From a virus (lineage: Duplodnaviria > Caudoviricetes), in IMG/VR virus record IMGVR_UViG_3300032024_000049, positions 1 to 43,137 of that record: a DNA stretch of 43,137 nucleotides. The stretch is one strand, 5' to 3'. How positions within the stretch are numbered: position 1 is the first letter of the stretch; each line of letters opens with the position of its first letter. Below are positions 1 to 8,465 of this stretch, piece after piece. A program made the position numbers and the translations under genes. The notes beneath the pieces were generated by a model. It was not told the origin of the DNA. It searched no databases and saw only the letters and a program-made list of their open reading frames with translations.

Positions 1-33
1 TGAAATCCGCCTCCTCAGGATTGTCGGATACCT

Positions 34-292
34 TTTCGCAGCGCGGACCTTTGCAGAGCGGACCTTTACGGCGCGAACCTTTACGGCGCGGACCTTTACG
101 GCGCGAACCTTTACGGCGCGAACCTTCGCAGCGCGAACCTTTGCAGCGCGAACCTTTACGGCGCGAACCTTCGCAGCGCGGACCTTCGCAGCGCGGACCT
201 TCGCAGCGCGGACCTTCGCAGCGCGGACCTTTACGGCGCGAACCTTTACGGCGCGAACCTTTGCAGCGCGGACCTTTACGGCGCGAACCTTG
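34..292 (+). repeat. 15-bp tandem repeat, about 17 units, encoding pentapeptide repeats
   Basis: Units gcg(g/a)acctt(tacggc/cgcagc/tgcagc). Confidence 0.95.
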
Positions 293-564
293 GCGAATCT
301 GGAAAGTTGACGGGCGACCGTCCGTTTTTCCAAGTCGGCCCCATTGGTTCGCGGCAAGACGTTTTGGCCGCTTTCCAGACAGAAAAAGGCGTATTCCTTC
401 TCGCCGGTTGCTTCTTTGGCACCGTGGAAGAGTTCCGGGACAAGCTCCAAGGGGAACACGGCGACAACGTCCATGCGATTGAATACCGGGCCGCCCTGGT
501 GCTGGTGGAAGCCCATTACGCCGCCTGGCCGGCCACTGTGGTCGAAGAGGAAGCCGAATCCTGA
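34..564 (+). CDS. Pentapeptide-repeat protein, C-terminal part (repeats plus C-terminal DUF5758-like domain); N-terminus lies at the window end
   Basis: Frame +1 reads A(D/N)L(YG/RS/CS) about 17 times, then GESGKLTGDRPFFQVGPIGSR...AGCFFGTVEEF; open into ORF 307..564. Confidence 0.85.
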   Translation, partial: FRSADLCRADLYGANLYGADLYGANLYGANLRSANLCSANLYGANLRSADLRSADLRSADLRSADLYGANLYGANLCSADLYGANLGESGKLTGDRPFFQVGPIGSRQDVLAAFQTEKGVFLLAGCFFGTVEEFRDKLQGEHGDNVHAIEYRAALVLVEAHYAAWPATVVEEEAES

Positions 565-585
565 CCGTTACATATGGGAATTTAC

Positions 586-609
586 AGGCCCGCCGCGTGC
601 GGGCTTTTT
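586..609 (+). terminator. Intrinsic terminator
   Basis: GGCCCGC-cgcgt-GCGGGCT followed by a T-run, after the stop at 564. Confidence 0.8.
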
Positions 610-613
610 CTTG

Positions 614-642
614 TTGACATAGGTAAATTATTTATCTATAGT
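614..642 (+). promoter_or_regulatory. Class A sigma70 promoter with palindromic spacer operator
   Basis: TTGACA-TAGGTAAATTATTTATC(17)-TATAGT. Confidence 0.9.
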
Positions 643-674
643 ACGCCCATACCAGCCAACCGGAGCGCAACCAA

Positions 675-971
675 ATGTCTACCACCATCGCCCAAACCAT
701 CCTTACCCAACTTGGCGGCAATCGCTTTCTTGCCATGACCGGCGCCAAGCAACTTTGCGACCTGGGCGACGGCATCATGTTCAACCTTCCTCGCGGCGCC
801 AAGAACAAGGCCAACAAGGTCGCCATTCGCCTGGCCGGCGATTTGTACACCGTCAAGTTCTACAGCTTGCGCGGCGTCAATGTGACCGAACGCGGGGAAT
901 TTGAAATGATCTACGGCGACCGCCTGGCCGCCCTCTTCACTGAACAAACCGGCTTCGACACCCGGCTTTGA
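675..971 (+). CDS. Conserved small early phage protein
   Basis: GGAG RBS, directly after the promoter; TILTQLGGNRFLAMTGAK motif is familiar from phage hypotheticals. Confidence 0.8.
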   Translation: MSTTIAQTILTQLGGNRFLAMTGAKQLCDLGDGIMFNLPRGAKNKANKVAIRLAGDLYTVKFYSLRGVNVTERGEFEMIYGDRLAALFTEQTGFDTRL

Positions 972-995
972 CATTGGCGGCCACACAAGCGCACC

Positions 996-1015
996 GGAGC
1001 CCCGCCAAGGGCTCC
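996..1015. terminator. Hairpin between convergent genes
   Basis: GGAGCCC-cgccaa-GGGCTCC; no clear U-tract. Confidence 0.45.
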
Positions 1016-1020
1016 CGCGG

Positions 1021-1530
1021 CTACTTGAAGGACATAGGGGGCGTCGTGTCCGGTTCGTCCCATTGGCGGGCCGCCTTTATCGCTTTGGCCCTGCAAGCGT
1101 TCGCGTCAATGCTGTGCCCCTTGAGCATGCCGTCGGCCAACTGGCGAACCTGGGGCACGTCTTCGGAATGGCAAAAGAACGCATACAGTCCCGTTCCTGC
1201 CGTCTTGTCTTGAGGCAGCAACCGCGGGTCGACGTCCCCTAGCGTAACGACTGGATTCCGCATCACGGCAAAGGACCACACGGCCGCTGCCAAGGCATCC
1301 CGGTCAACCTCATAACAACGCAAGCGAACTTGCACCAAAAGCGCCTTTGCTTCCTTGCGTGCAATCGTCGTTTGGTCACTCGACGGCCGGTTATGTTCCC
1401 GGATGCAACCGCTACAAGCGCCGCTAGAAGTGTACCTATAGGTTAAATGGCCGTTTTTGCACGGCATCCCCGTAAAATATTGGGTTTGACCTCTTAACTT
1501 GGCTTCGCCCCGACTGGTGTACGGTTGCAT
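1021..1530 (-). CDS. Hypothetical protein with N-terminal Cys/His Zn-binding motif
   Basis: YFTGMPCKNGH...RY...CSGC resembles the N-terminal module of phage HNH proteins; AGGAG RBS; no HNH nuclease motif seen. Confidence 0.75.
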   Translation of the reverse strand: MQPYTSRGEAKLRGQTQYFTGMPCKNGHLTYRYTSSGACSGCIREHNRPSSDQTTIARKEAKALLVQVRLRCYEVDRDALAAAVWSFAVMRNPVVTLGDVDPRLLPQDKTAGTGLYAFFCHSEDVPQVRQLADGMLKGHSIDANACRAKAIKAARQWDEPDTTPPMSFK

Positions 1531-1910
1531 GGTTTACGCTCCTAAAATTGACGCTCTGATTTTAGCGCATCTTAACCGCCGCCGCAAGTAAGACTTAACC
1601 GCCGGCTAAAGTAAGAACCCCGGGTCGCTTTCCCCGCACGCTTACTATCCTACGGCACTGTAGACCATCTTACGGTAAGGTTTAGTTAAGGTATTACTCT
1701 TACTGTAATGTAAGATGGTCTAAGGTGTACAGCAATCTATTATTAAGGGGTAACGGGGTAATATAGAGTAAACAGTAATAAAATCAAGGTGTTACGTTAC
1801 CCACCCCGTAATTTTAGCTAATGGGGTAACAGGGTAAATGGCAAAGCAACCCGGCGTCGCGCTCATTGTGGTTGCTTCTTGTGGCCGCCAAAGGCTAGAA
1901 TCTAGTCACT
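1531..1910. other. AT-rich non-coding region; candidate replication origin or pac site
   Basis: Longest gene-free stretch; 13-bp inverted repeat 1661-1673/1710-1722; GGGGTAA repeats; CTTAACCGCCG twice. Confidence 0.5.
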
Positions 1911-2639
1911 ATGAGCCTGACACCTAAGCAACGCCGATTCGTGAACGAGTATTGCGTCGATGAAAACGCGACGCAGGCCGCCATTCGCGCCGGATATTCG
2001 CCTGATACGGCCGGCGTGATAGGTTGCGAGAACTTAAAAAAACCTTACCTGGCCGAAGCGATCAAAGAGCGACAGGCCGACGTCACTGTGGCAGCAAGCA
2101 TTACGCCCGAAATGGTGCTGCGCGAATGGGCTAAAATTGCCTTCGCCGACCCCAACGAACTGGTCAACGTCAGACGGAATTGTTGTCGCCATTGCCATGG
2201 CTTCGGGCACCAATACCAGTGGACTGAAGCCGAATATGGTGCTGCCGTCGACAAGGCCGTGGATTCCGGCAAGCCCGCCCCAGACGGCATGGGTGGCTTT
2301 GGGTTTGACCCGAACGCTACGCCCGCGGCGGACTGCCCTGAATGCGGGGGCAATGGTATTGCCGAAGTCCACGTCGCTGATACCCGGAAGCTAAAGCGGC
2401 ACCCGCTTTACGCTGGTGCCGAACAGACCCGCAACGGCATTAAGGTCAACATGCGGGACAAAGACGCAGCACTGTTCAATCTGTCCCGATACCTGGGGAT
2501 GCAGATTGACCGGAAGGAAATCAGCGGCCCCGGCGGCGGCCCCCTGGGTATTGTGGGATTGACCGCGGACGACCTGACCGACGACCAGCTTGCTGCGCTG
2601 ATAGCTGCTGAGGAAGCGAATGGCAGTAACGAGGCTTGA
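1911..2639 (+). CDS. terS: Terminase small subunit
   Basis: LTPKQRRFVNEY..D.NATQAAIRAGYS motif; directly precedes TerL. Confidence 0.92.
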   Translation: MSLTPKQRRFVNEYCVDENATQAAIRAGYSPDTAGVIGCENLKKPYLAEAIKERQADVTVAASITPEMVLREWAKIAFADPNELVNVRRNCCRHCHGFGHQYQWTEAEYGAAVDKAVDSGKPAPDGMGGFGFDPNATPAADCPECGGNGIAEVHVADTRKLKRHPLYAGAEQTRNGIKVNMRDKDAALFNLSRYLGMQIDRKEISGPGGGPLGIVGLTADDLTDDQLAALIAAEEANGSNEA

Positions 2640-4065
2640 TGCTCTCAGGACGATAGCCCGGCGCCGCGAAGCCCGTCGGCAACTGGCCGCCTATATCGGC
2701 TACACGTCCCCGAAGTACAAGCCGAGTGGCTTTAGCGCCGCCGTTTGCGCGGCCCTCGACATGTTCATTGATGACATGCAAGCTGGCAGCCGGCCCATTC
2801 TGGTTTTGCAGGCCCCACCCCAGCACGGCAAGTCGGAGATTGTTAGCCGCAAGCTGCCCGCGTTCCTGCTGGGACGCTTCCCTGACTGGCGGGTCGGTGC
2901 GGCCAGCTACAGCGACGAACTGGCAAACGCCATGGCCCAAGACGTGCGCCGCAACCTGGCGGACGACCGGCATAAAAAGCTATTCCCCCAGCCAGCCGAA
3001 AAGCGCCGCTATGACGTTAACCGCACCGGGGAATTTACGGCGCCAGGCGGGAACGGCGGCTATCTTGGCGTCGGTGTGGGTGCCGGCCTGACGGGACGCC
3101 CGGTCGACATTGGCATCATTGACGACCCGGTAAAAAACGAAAAGGAAGCGTTGAGCCCCACGACCAAGGAAGGGCATTGGAACTGGTATCAAACCGTTTT
3201 CACGACGCGGCTGTCCGAAAACTCCGGGCAAATCATCATGGCAACGAGTTGGGCGGAAGACGACTTGCCCGCCCGGATTTGCTCCCACTTCAAGGGCGAC
3301 CCGCGGCTTACCGTCTTGCGCTTCCCGGCAATCAACCTGCCCGGGGAAGTTGGCTACAACCCGAACTTGCCCAAGGGGCCATTGGTCCCCGAACTTAAAA
3401 GCCTGGCATTCCTGCAAGAAGTCAAAGGGCTGTTTTCCGACTACTGGTGGGCGGCCATGTACCAGCAATGCCCGCGGCCACTTGGGGGCAACGTCTTCAA
3501 GGAAGAGGGCTTGCGGTACTACTTGCCTAAGGACTTGCCCGCCAAATTCGACAAGGTGCTGGCTTCCTGGGATTGCACCTTTAAGGACACGGACGGCACC
3601 GACTTTGTCGTCGGCCAGGTTTGGGGCAAGGCTGGCGCCAATAGCTACTTGCTGGCCCAAGTCCGCGCCCGCATGTCCTTCACCAAGACGGTAAAAGAGG
3701 TCGTGCTATTGCGCGAAGCCTGGCCGCGCATCCGGGAAATCTTGATCGAGGATAAGGCGAACGGGCCGGCGGTAATCGACACCCTGAAAGCCAGCGTGTC
3801 GGGCATCATCCCGATTGAACCGGACGGCTCCAAGCTGGCCCGGGCGCATGCTGTTACCAGCTATTGGGAAGCGGGCAATGTGTGGTTGCCGCATCCGGAC
3901 CTTTTCCCATGGGTGAAAGACTTGGTCGCGGAGTTGACAGCGTTCCCCGCGGCGGGCAATGATGACCAAGTCGACGCCCTTACCCAAGCACTCCGTCGCC
4001 TGTATCCGTTGTTCAACAAGCTGAAGATTAGCCAAGCTGCGCTTGACAAGGCCATGGGCAGATAA
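2620..4065 (+). CDS. terL: Terminase large subunit
   Basis: Walker A APPQHGKS, Walker B IIDDP, nuclease motifs SWD, IEDKANG and DDQVDA. Confidence 0.96.
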   Translation: MAVTRLDALRTIARRREARRQLAAYIGYTSPKYKPSGFSAAVCAALDMFIDDMQAGSRPILVLQAPPQHGKSEIVSRKLPAFLLGRFPDWRVGAASYSDELANAMAQDVRRNLADDRHKKLFPQPAEKRRYDVNRTGEFTAPGGNGGYLGVGVGAGLTGRPVDIGIIDDPVKNEKEALSPTTKEGHWNWYQTVFTTRLSENSGQIIMATSWAEDDLPARICSHFKGDPRLTVLRFPAINLPGEVGYNPNLPKGPLVPELKSLAFLQEVKGLFSDYWWAAMYQQCPRPLGGNVFKEEGLRYYLPKDLPAKFDKVLASWDCTFKDTDGTDFVVGQVWGKAGANSYLLAQVRARMSFTKTVKEVVLLREAWPRIREILIEDKANGPAVIDTLKASVSGIIPIEPDGSKLARAHAVTSYWEAGNVWLPHPDLFPWVKDLVAELTAFPAAGNDDQVDALTQALRRLYPLFNKLKISQAALDKAMGR

Positions 4066-4083
4066 AAGCCCCTTTCGGGTCTT
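4064..4083 (-). terminator. Terminator of the antisense HTH mini-gene, possibly bidirectional
   Basis: Minus strand AAGACCC-GAAA-GGGGCTT-TTA. Confidence 0.55.
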
Positions 4084-4089
4084 GGTTGG

Positions 4090-4212
4090 TTATAGGGTGC
4101 GAACGAATTCTGTTACGTCGCGTTCGGAAGCGCCAGTAAGTTGGGAAATCTCCCACACGTTGCGGCCTTGCTTCCAGAGGAGTTTTGCGGCGGCTTGTTG
4201 TTTCTTGGTCAT
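4090..4212 (-). CDS. 40-aa helix-turn-helix microprotein (not in the ORF track)
   Basis: MTKKQQAAAKLLWKQGRNVWEISQLTGASERDVTEFVRTL*; AGAGGA RBS; own promoter and terminator. Confidence 0.7.
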   Translation of the reverse strand: MTKKQQAAAKLLWKQGRNVWEISQLTGASERDVTEFVRTL

Positions 4213-4248
4213 TTAGGTTTCCTCTTTGCGTTTGGTTGGTATGGCTGA

Positions 4249-4277
4249 ACTATAGATAAATAATTTACCTACGTCAA
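4249..4277 (-). promoter_or_regulatory. Class A promoter/operator
   Basis: Minus strand TTGACG-TAGGTAAATTATTTATC-TATAGT. Confidence 0.9.
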
Positions 4278-4320
4278 CACTTATTTTGCAAAATTAATTA
4301 TTTTCCCGCAAAATATACGC

Positions 4321-5838
4321 ATGGACACTCCAACTAAGCGCCCCGTGGGTCGGCCTCGTAAGACCCCCGCCATCACCTTCCCCACCAAGCCCAAGGGAGA
4401 CGGCCTTAAGCGTGCAGCGAACAAGGCCGGCATGCTGGCGTCCGACGTCAAACCCTACGACTACCCAATCAAGCCGCCGACCCTGGCGCCTGGCGTCGTC
4501 CCTGCCGGTGTGACCGCCCCCGTGCTGGCAATGGACGCCAATGCCTATGACTTCGCACAGCAAATGTTCCCGGGCGGCGGATTCCCTGGCTTTGCGTACC
4601 TTTCGCAACTGGCGACCCGCGCTGAATACCGCGCCTTTGCCGCAACCATGTCGACGGAGTTGACGCGGGAGTGGTTGGAATTCACCAGCAAGCAAGACGA
4701 CGACAGCGATAGCGCGGACAAAATCAAAGCCGTCGAAGAAGAATTTAAGCGGCTCAATGTTCGCGTGGTAATCCAGAAGGCCGCGGAAAATGATTGTTAC
4801 TTTGGCCGGGCGCAAATCTTCTTGGAGATTGCCGGCGCCGACCGAACGACCCCGCTGATTCTTGACCCGCGCACCATCGCCAAAGGCAGCTTGGAACGGG
4901 TTGTACCTGTGGAAGCCATTTGGACGACCCCGGCCGGCTATAACGCCTTGGACCCCGCGGCCCCTGACTTCTACAAGCCGTCGTCGTGGTTCATGCTGGG
5001 CCAGCAGGTCCACGCGTCCCGCCTGATGACGGTCGTAACCCGCCCGCTCCCGGACATTCTCAAGCCGGCCTTCAACTTCGCCGGCATGTCCCTTTCCCAG
5101 CTTGCGGAGCCCTACGTCGACAACTGGCTACGGACCCGCCAAAGCGTTGCGGACCTTATCAACAATTTCAGCATTACCGCGCTTGCCACAAGTATGGACC
5201 AAGTGCTGCAGGGTGACGACGACGGGGCGGACGTATTCGCCCGGGCCGAACTCTTCACCCGCACCCGGAGCAACAAGGGCTTGATGCTCTTGGACAAGGA
5301 GCGGGAAGAAATCGTACAGGTCAACACGCCGCTGTCGGGCCTGCATGAACTCCAAGCGCAAAGCCAAGAACATATGTGCAGCGTTTCGCGCATGCCGGCC
5401 ATTGTGTTGACGGGCATTTCCCCCAGTGGCTTGAATGCCAGCAGCGACGGCGAAGTCCGGATTTTCTACGATTGGGTGGCCGCCCAACAGGAAGCCTATT
5501 GGCGGGAACCGCTGGAAGTAATCCTTAAGGCCGTGCAACTATCCTTGTTCGGAGAAATCGACCCCGACATTGGCTTGGCGTTTATTCCGCTCTATCAAAT
5601 GACGCCCAAGGAAGAGGCCGAAATCAGGCTATCCGATAGCCAAGCGGATTGCGCGTATATCGCGGCCGGTGTGGTCGACCCGTCCGAAGTCAGGGAACGC
5701 CTGGCCCGCGACCCGAATAGCGGCTATCAGTCCTTGGACACTTCGGTCGAACTGGTCCCGCCAGTTGAGCCGACGGGAGAGGAAGACCCAGCCGGGGCGG
5801 CCACGGTGGGCGGGGGCGCCAATGGCCCAACAGCCTAA
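4321..5838 (+). CDS. Portal protein (DUF1073-like)
   Basis: Follows TerL; 505 aa; GFAYLSQLATRAEY and P..L.G.SP.GLNASSDGE motifs. Confidence 0.9.
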   Translation: MDTPTKRPVGRPRKTPAITFPTKPKGDGLKRAANKAGMLASDVKPYDYPIKPPTLAPGVVPAGVTAPVLAMDANAYDFAQQMFPGGGFPGFAYLSQLATRAEYRAFAATMSTELTREWLEFTSKQDDDSDSADKIKAVEEEFKRLNVRVVIQKAAENDCYFGRAQIFLEIAGADRTTPLILDPRTIAKGSLERVVPVEAIWTTPAGYNALDPAAPDFYKPSSWFMLGQQVHASRLMTVVTRPLPDILKPAFNFAGMSLSQLAEPYVDNWLRTRQSVADLINNFSITALATSMDQVLQGDDDGADVFARAELFTRTRSNKGLMLLDKEREEIVQVNTPLSGLHELQAQSQEHMCSVSRMPAIVLTGISPSGLNASSDGEVRIFYDWVAAQQEAYWREPLEVILKAVQLSLFGEIDPDIGLAFIPLYQMTPKEEAEIRLSDSQADCAYIAAGVVDPSEVRERLARDPNSGYQSLDTSVELVPPVEPTGEEDPAGAATVGGGANGPTA

Positions 5839-6616
5839 GACGTGCAAGGCCGTTCCCGCCAATCGGGGACTTGAAGCCAAGTACCGGAAGGCCCTGCAGC
5901 GCATGATTGCGGAAATGCACGGGTCGGTCGAATACTGGCTTACCGCTGCCTATCGCAAAGACCCGCCGCGCATGGCTGCCCTGGTTGAGCAAGCCCAAGA
6001 CGCCGCCCCCAGCGCCAAAATCAAACGCATCCTTGACGAACTGGCCCGCCGGTGGACCAAGCGTTTTGAGGATTACGCCCCCAAGCTGGCGGAAGCCTAT
6101 TTGCAAGGCATGTTCAAGGCCAGCGACTCCGCGTTCCGTCAAGCCCTCAAGGAAGCCGGGTGGACCGTCGAATTCAAAATGACGCCCGCCGTGCGCGACG
6201 CCTTCAATGCGTCACTTGAAGAAAACGTCGGCCTTATTCGGTCCATTCCTGAAAAATATTTGCAACAGGTAGAGGGCACCGTTATGCGCTCCTATAGCGC
6301 CGGGCGCGACCTTGAATCCATGGTGAAGGAATTAAAGCAACTTTACCCGGCGGCCAGTCACCGGGCGGAATTGATAGCCCGGGACCAATCGAATAAGGCG
6401 AACGCCGTCGTCAACCGGGCCAGGCAAATGGAACTTGGGATTACGGAAGCCATTTGGATGCACAGCCACGCCGGCAAGAATCCGCGACCGGACCATGTGG
6501 CAGCGAACGGCAAACGGTATAAAATCGCGGAAGGCTGCAAAATCTCCGGGGAATTTATCCAGCCGGGTTTTGCCGTCAACTGTAGATGCACCAGCCGGCC
6601 GGTTTTGCCGATTTAG
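5822..6616 (+). CDS. Head morphogenesis protein (Mu gpF/SPP1 gp7-like)
   Basis: RAELIARDQ, W.HS...PRPDH and PG..VNCRC motifs; start MAQQPK overlaps the portal end. Confidence 0.9.
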   Translation: MAQQPKTCKAVPANRGLEAKYRKALQRMIAEMHGSVEYWLTAAYRKDPPRMAALVEQAQDAAPSAKIKRILDELARRWTKRFEDYAPKLAEAYLQGMFKASDSAFRQALKEAGWTVEFKMTPAVRDAFNASLEENVGLIRSIPEKYLQQVEGTVMRSYSAGRDLESMVKELKQLYPAASHRAELIARDQSNKANAVVNRARQMELGITEAIWMHSHAGKNPRPDHVAANGKRYKIAEGCKISGEFIQPGFAVNCRCTSRPVLPI

Positions 6617-6626
6617 GAGGTGAACT

Positions 6627-7160
6627 GTGTACCCCTCTTCGATTCCTGATAATGGTTTTGACCGCACCAAGGTCGACCCGGAATTGGCCTCATTTCATGC
6701 AGGCACTCAAGCCCGGTCGTTTCGTGAAATAAGCCTTGCGGCCGGGGCGTCCCTTTATGTTCGCATGGCCCGCCCGGTTGATATCATCATTCGGCGGTTC
6801 AACCTGTACGTGAACGCTGGGGAAATCCGTTGCGAGATTTACCGCGGGGCGACCGCCGCTGGCACTTGGGCCGAAACTCTCCCGGTTTTTGCAAAATGTG
6901 AAACTGGCATGCGCCCAAAGCCGCTTTATGTTCCTCAAAGCAAACTTTACGCGGGCGGGACTTTCAGCGGCGGCACGCTGTACGACCTGATTCATATCAA
7001 GACTTCGGGCGGCGGCGGAAACCAAGGGACGGTCGGCAATAGTAGCGACGACGTTCTTGGGGCGCCGGTCGGAACTGGCTGGTATAAATTTTCCAATCCG
7101 GGCGCACAAGCGGCGGTTGGTATATTCTCCATGTGGTGGGAAGAATTGCCCCCAACCTAA
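6627..7160 (+). CDS. Hypothetical protein, possibly virion-associated
   Basis: AGGAGG RBS with GTG start; Gly-rich with beta-strand character; located in the head module. Confidence 0.7.
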   Translation: MYPSSIPDNGFDRTKVDPELASFHAGTQARSFREISLAAGASLYVRMARPVDIIIRRFNLYVNAGEIRCEIYRGATAAGTWAETLPVFAKCETGMRPKPLYVPQSKLYAGGTFSGGTLYDLIHIKTSGGGGNQGTVGNSSDDVLGAPVGTGWYKFSNPGAQAAVGIFSMWWEELPPT

Positions 7161-7181
7161 AATAGCGTCATAATCCGAAAC

Positions 7182-8453
7182 ATGCCTATCTTACGCCTAG
7201 CCTTTGACCGCACCGCCCGCCGGATTGATGCCGACGGACGCCTGCACGTCGACCGCTCCCACATTTCCAAGGCCACGGTCAACCCGTACTACGGTAAGGA
7301 AATTCCGGGTTATGAGGCGTTGAGCCTGGTGCCCGACAAAGTTTATCGTCTGCTTCGTGACCCTGTGGAACTGGAACGCGGGGCGCCAACGTTCGCCCGC
7401 CTGCCCATTCTCTCCAAGCATGTGCCGGTTACGGTCAAGACCATGGCCGACGACGAAGAGCAAAAGAAGTTGGTCGTCGGGTCCATTGGTTCCGAAATCA
7501 CTTTTACCCCGCCTTACCTCGACGCCGACCTTTGCATTTGGGACGCCGCGGCAATTGCCGGGATTGAAACTGATAAAGTACGAGAATTATCCTGTGCGTA
7601 CCGTTACGTTCCCGTCATGGAGTCCGGCGAGTTTGAGGGCCAGGCATATGACGGACGCATGACCGAAATACAGGGCAATCACCTGGCGTTAGTTGAGGTC
7701 GGCCGCGCCGGGTCCGACGTAGTTGTGGCCGACGAAAAACCATTCATTTTTGACAAGGAAACCGCCATGAAAATGAGCAAGCTGGGCAAAGCCCTTTTTG
7801 CGGCATTGTGTGCGGCCTCCCCTGTGCTTGCGGCGGATTCCGCCCTGCCCGCACTGGTAGGCGACGCAAACCGCAAGACATTCAAACCCGCTGACGTAAA
7901 GAGCAAGTTGCTTGCTCTAGACGCTTCGCTTGATTCCAACAAACTCGACGCCGTTCTCGACGCAATTCTGGACGTGGAGCAAGACCCGAAGCCGGTCGAA
8001 ACCCCGGCCGCCGCCGCTGACGAATCGCCCGCCGACAAAATCAAGGCGCTGTTGGCTGGAAAAGTTGACGATGCCACGATTGAGCAGATTTGCGCCCTCA
8101 TGGCACCGCCGGCCGCTGCTGACGCTGACCCGGACGACCCCGGCATGAAGAAGGAAGAAGTTACCGCCGCCATGGACGGCTTGCGTAAGGAATTGCGCGA
8201 AGCCGAAGAAGCCCGCCGCGATGTTCGCGCCGTCGTGGGCGACGTGCTGGGCATGGATTCGGCCGCCGACGTCTATGGCTTCGCCCTTGACCACATGAAG
8301 GTCGACCGCGCTGGCGTTGAAGGTGCCGCGGCTCTTCGTGCGCTGTTCAAGGTCGTGGCTTCCAAGTCTTCCACCCCGGCTCCGCGCATCGCTCAAGATG
8401 CCGGCGGCCTCGACGCGAAGTTCCCGGGCGCTGCCCGTTTCCGTAACGCTTAA
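7182..8453 (+). CDS. Prohead protease/scaffold (DUF2213-like)
   Basis: RELSCAY and GNHLALVEVGRAG motifs; Ala-rich C-terminal scaffold-like half. Confidence 0.88.
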   Translation: MPILRLAFDRTARRIDADGRLHVDRSHISKATVNPYYGKEIPGYEALSLVPDKVYRLLRDPVELERGAPTFARLPILSKHVPVTVKTMADDEEQKKLVVGSIGSEITFTPPYLDADLCIWDAAAIAGIETDKVRELSCAYRYVPVMESGEFEGQAYDGRMTEIQGNHLALVEVGRAGSDVVVADEKPFIFDKETAMKMSKLGKALFAALCAASPVLAADSALPALVGDANRKTFKPADVKSKLLALDASLDSNKLDAVLDAILDVEQDPKPVETPAAAADESPADKIKALLAGKVDDATIEQICALMAPPAAADADPDDPGMKKEEVTAAMDGLRKELREAEEARRDVRAVVGDVLGMDSAADVYGFALDHMKVDRAGVEGAAALRALFKVVASKSSTPAPRIAQDAGGLDAKFPGAARFRNA

Positions 8454-8465
8454 GGAGCCAATACC

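Noticed and set aside
34-292. CRISPR array
   Set aside because: Contiguous 15-bp coding repeats with no unique spacers; they translate as pentapeptide repeats.
21-482. ORF of RREPL/QRGPS repeats
   Set aside because: Alternative-frame shadow of the pentapeptide repeat; frame +1 is the biologically recognisable one.
1021-1530. HNH homing endonuclease
   Set aside because: Only the N-terminal Zn-binding module is present; no HNH catalytic motif is seen.
4321-5838. Anti-CBASS Acb1 label sometimes attached to this family
   Set aside because: Size and position between terL and head genes indicate a portal; no basis in the sequence for a phosphodiesterase.
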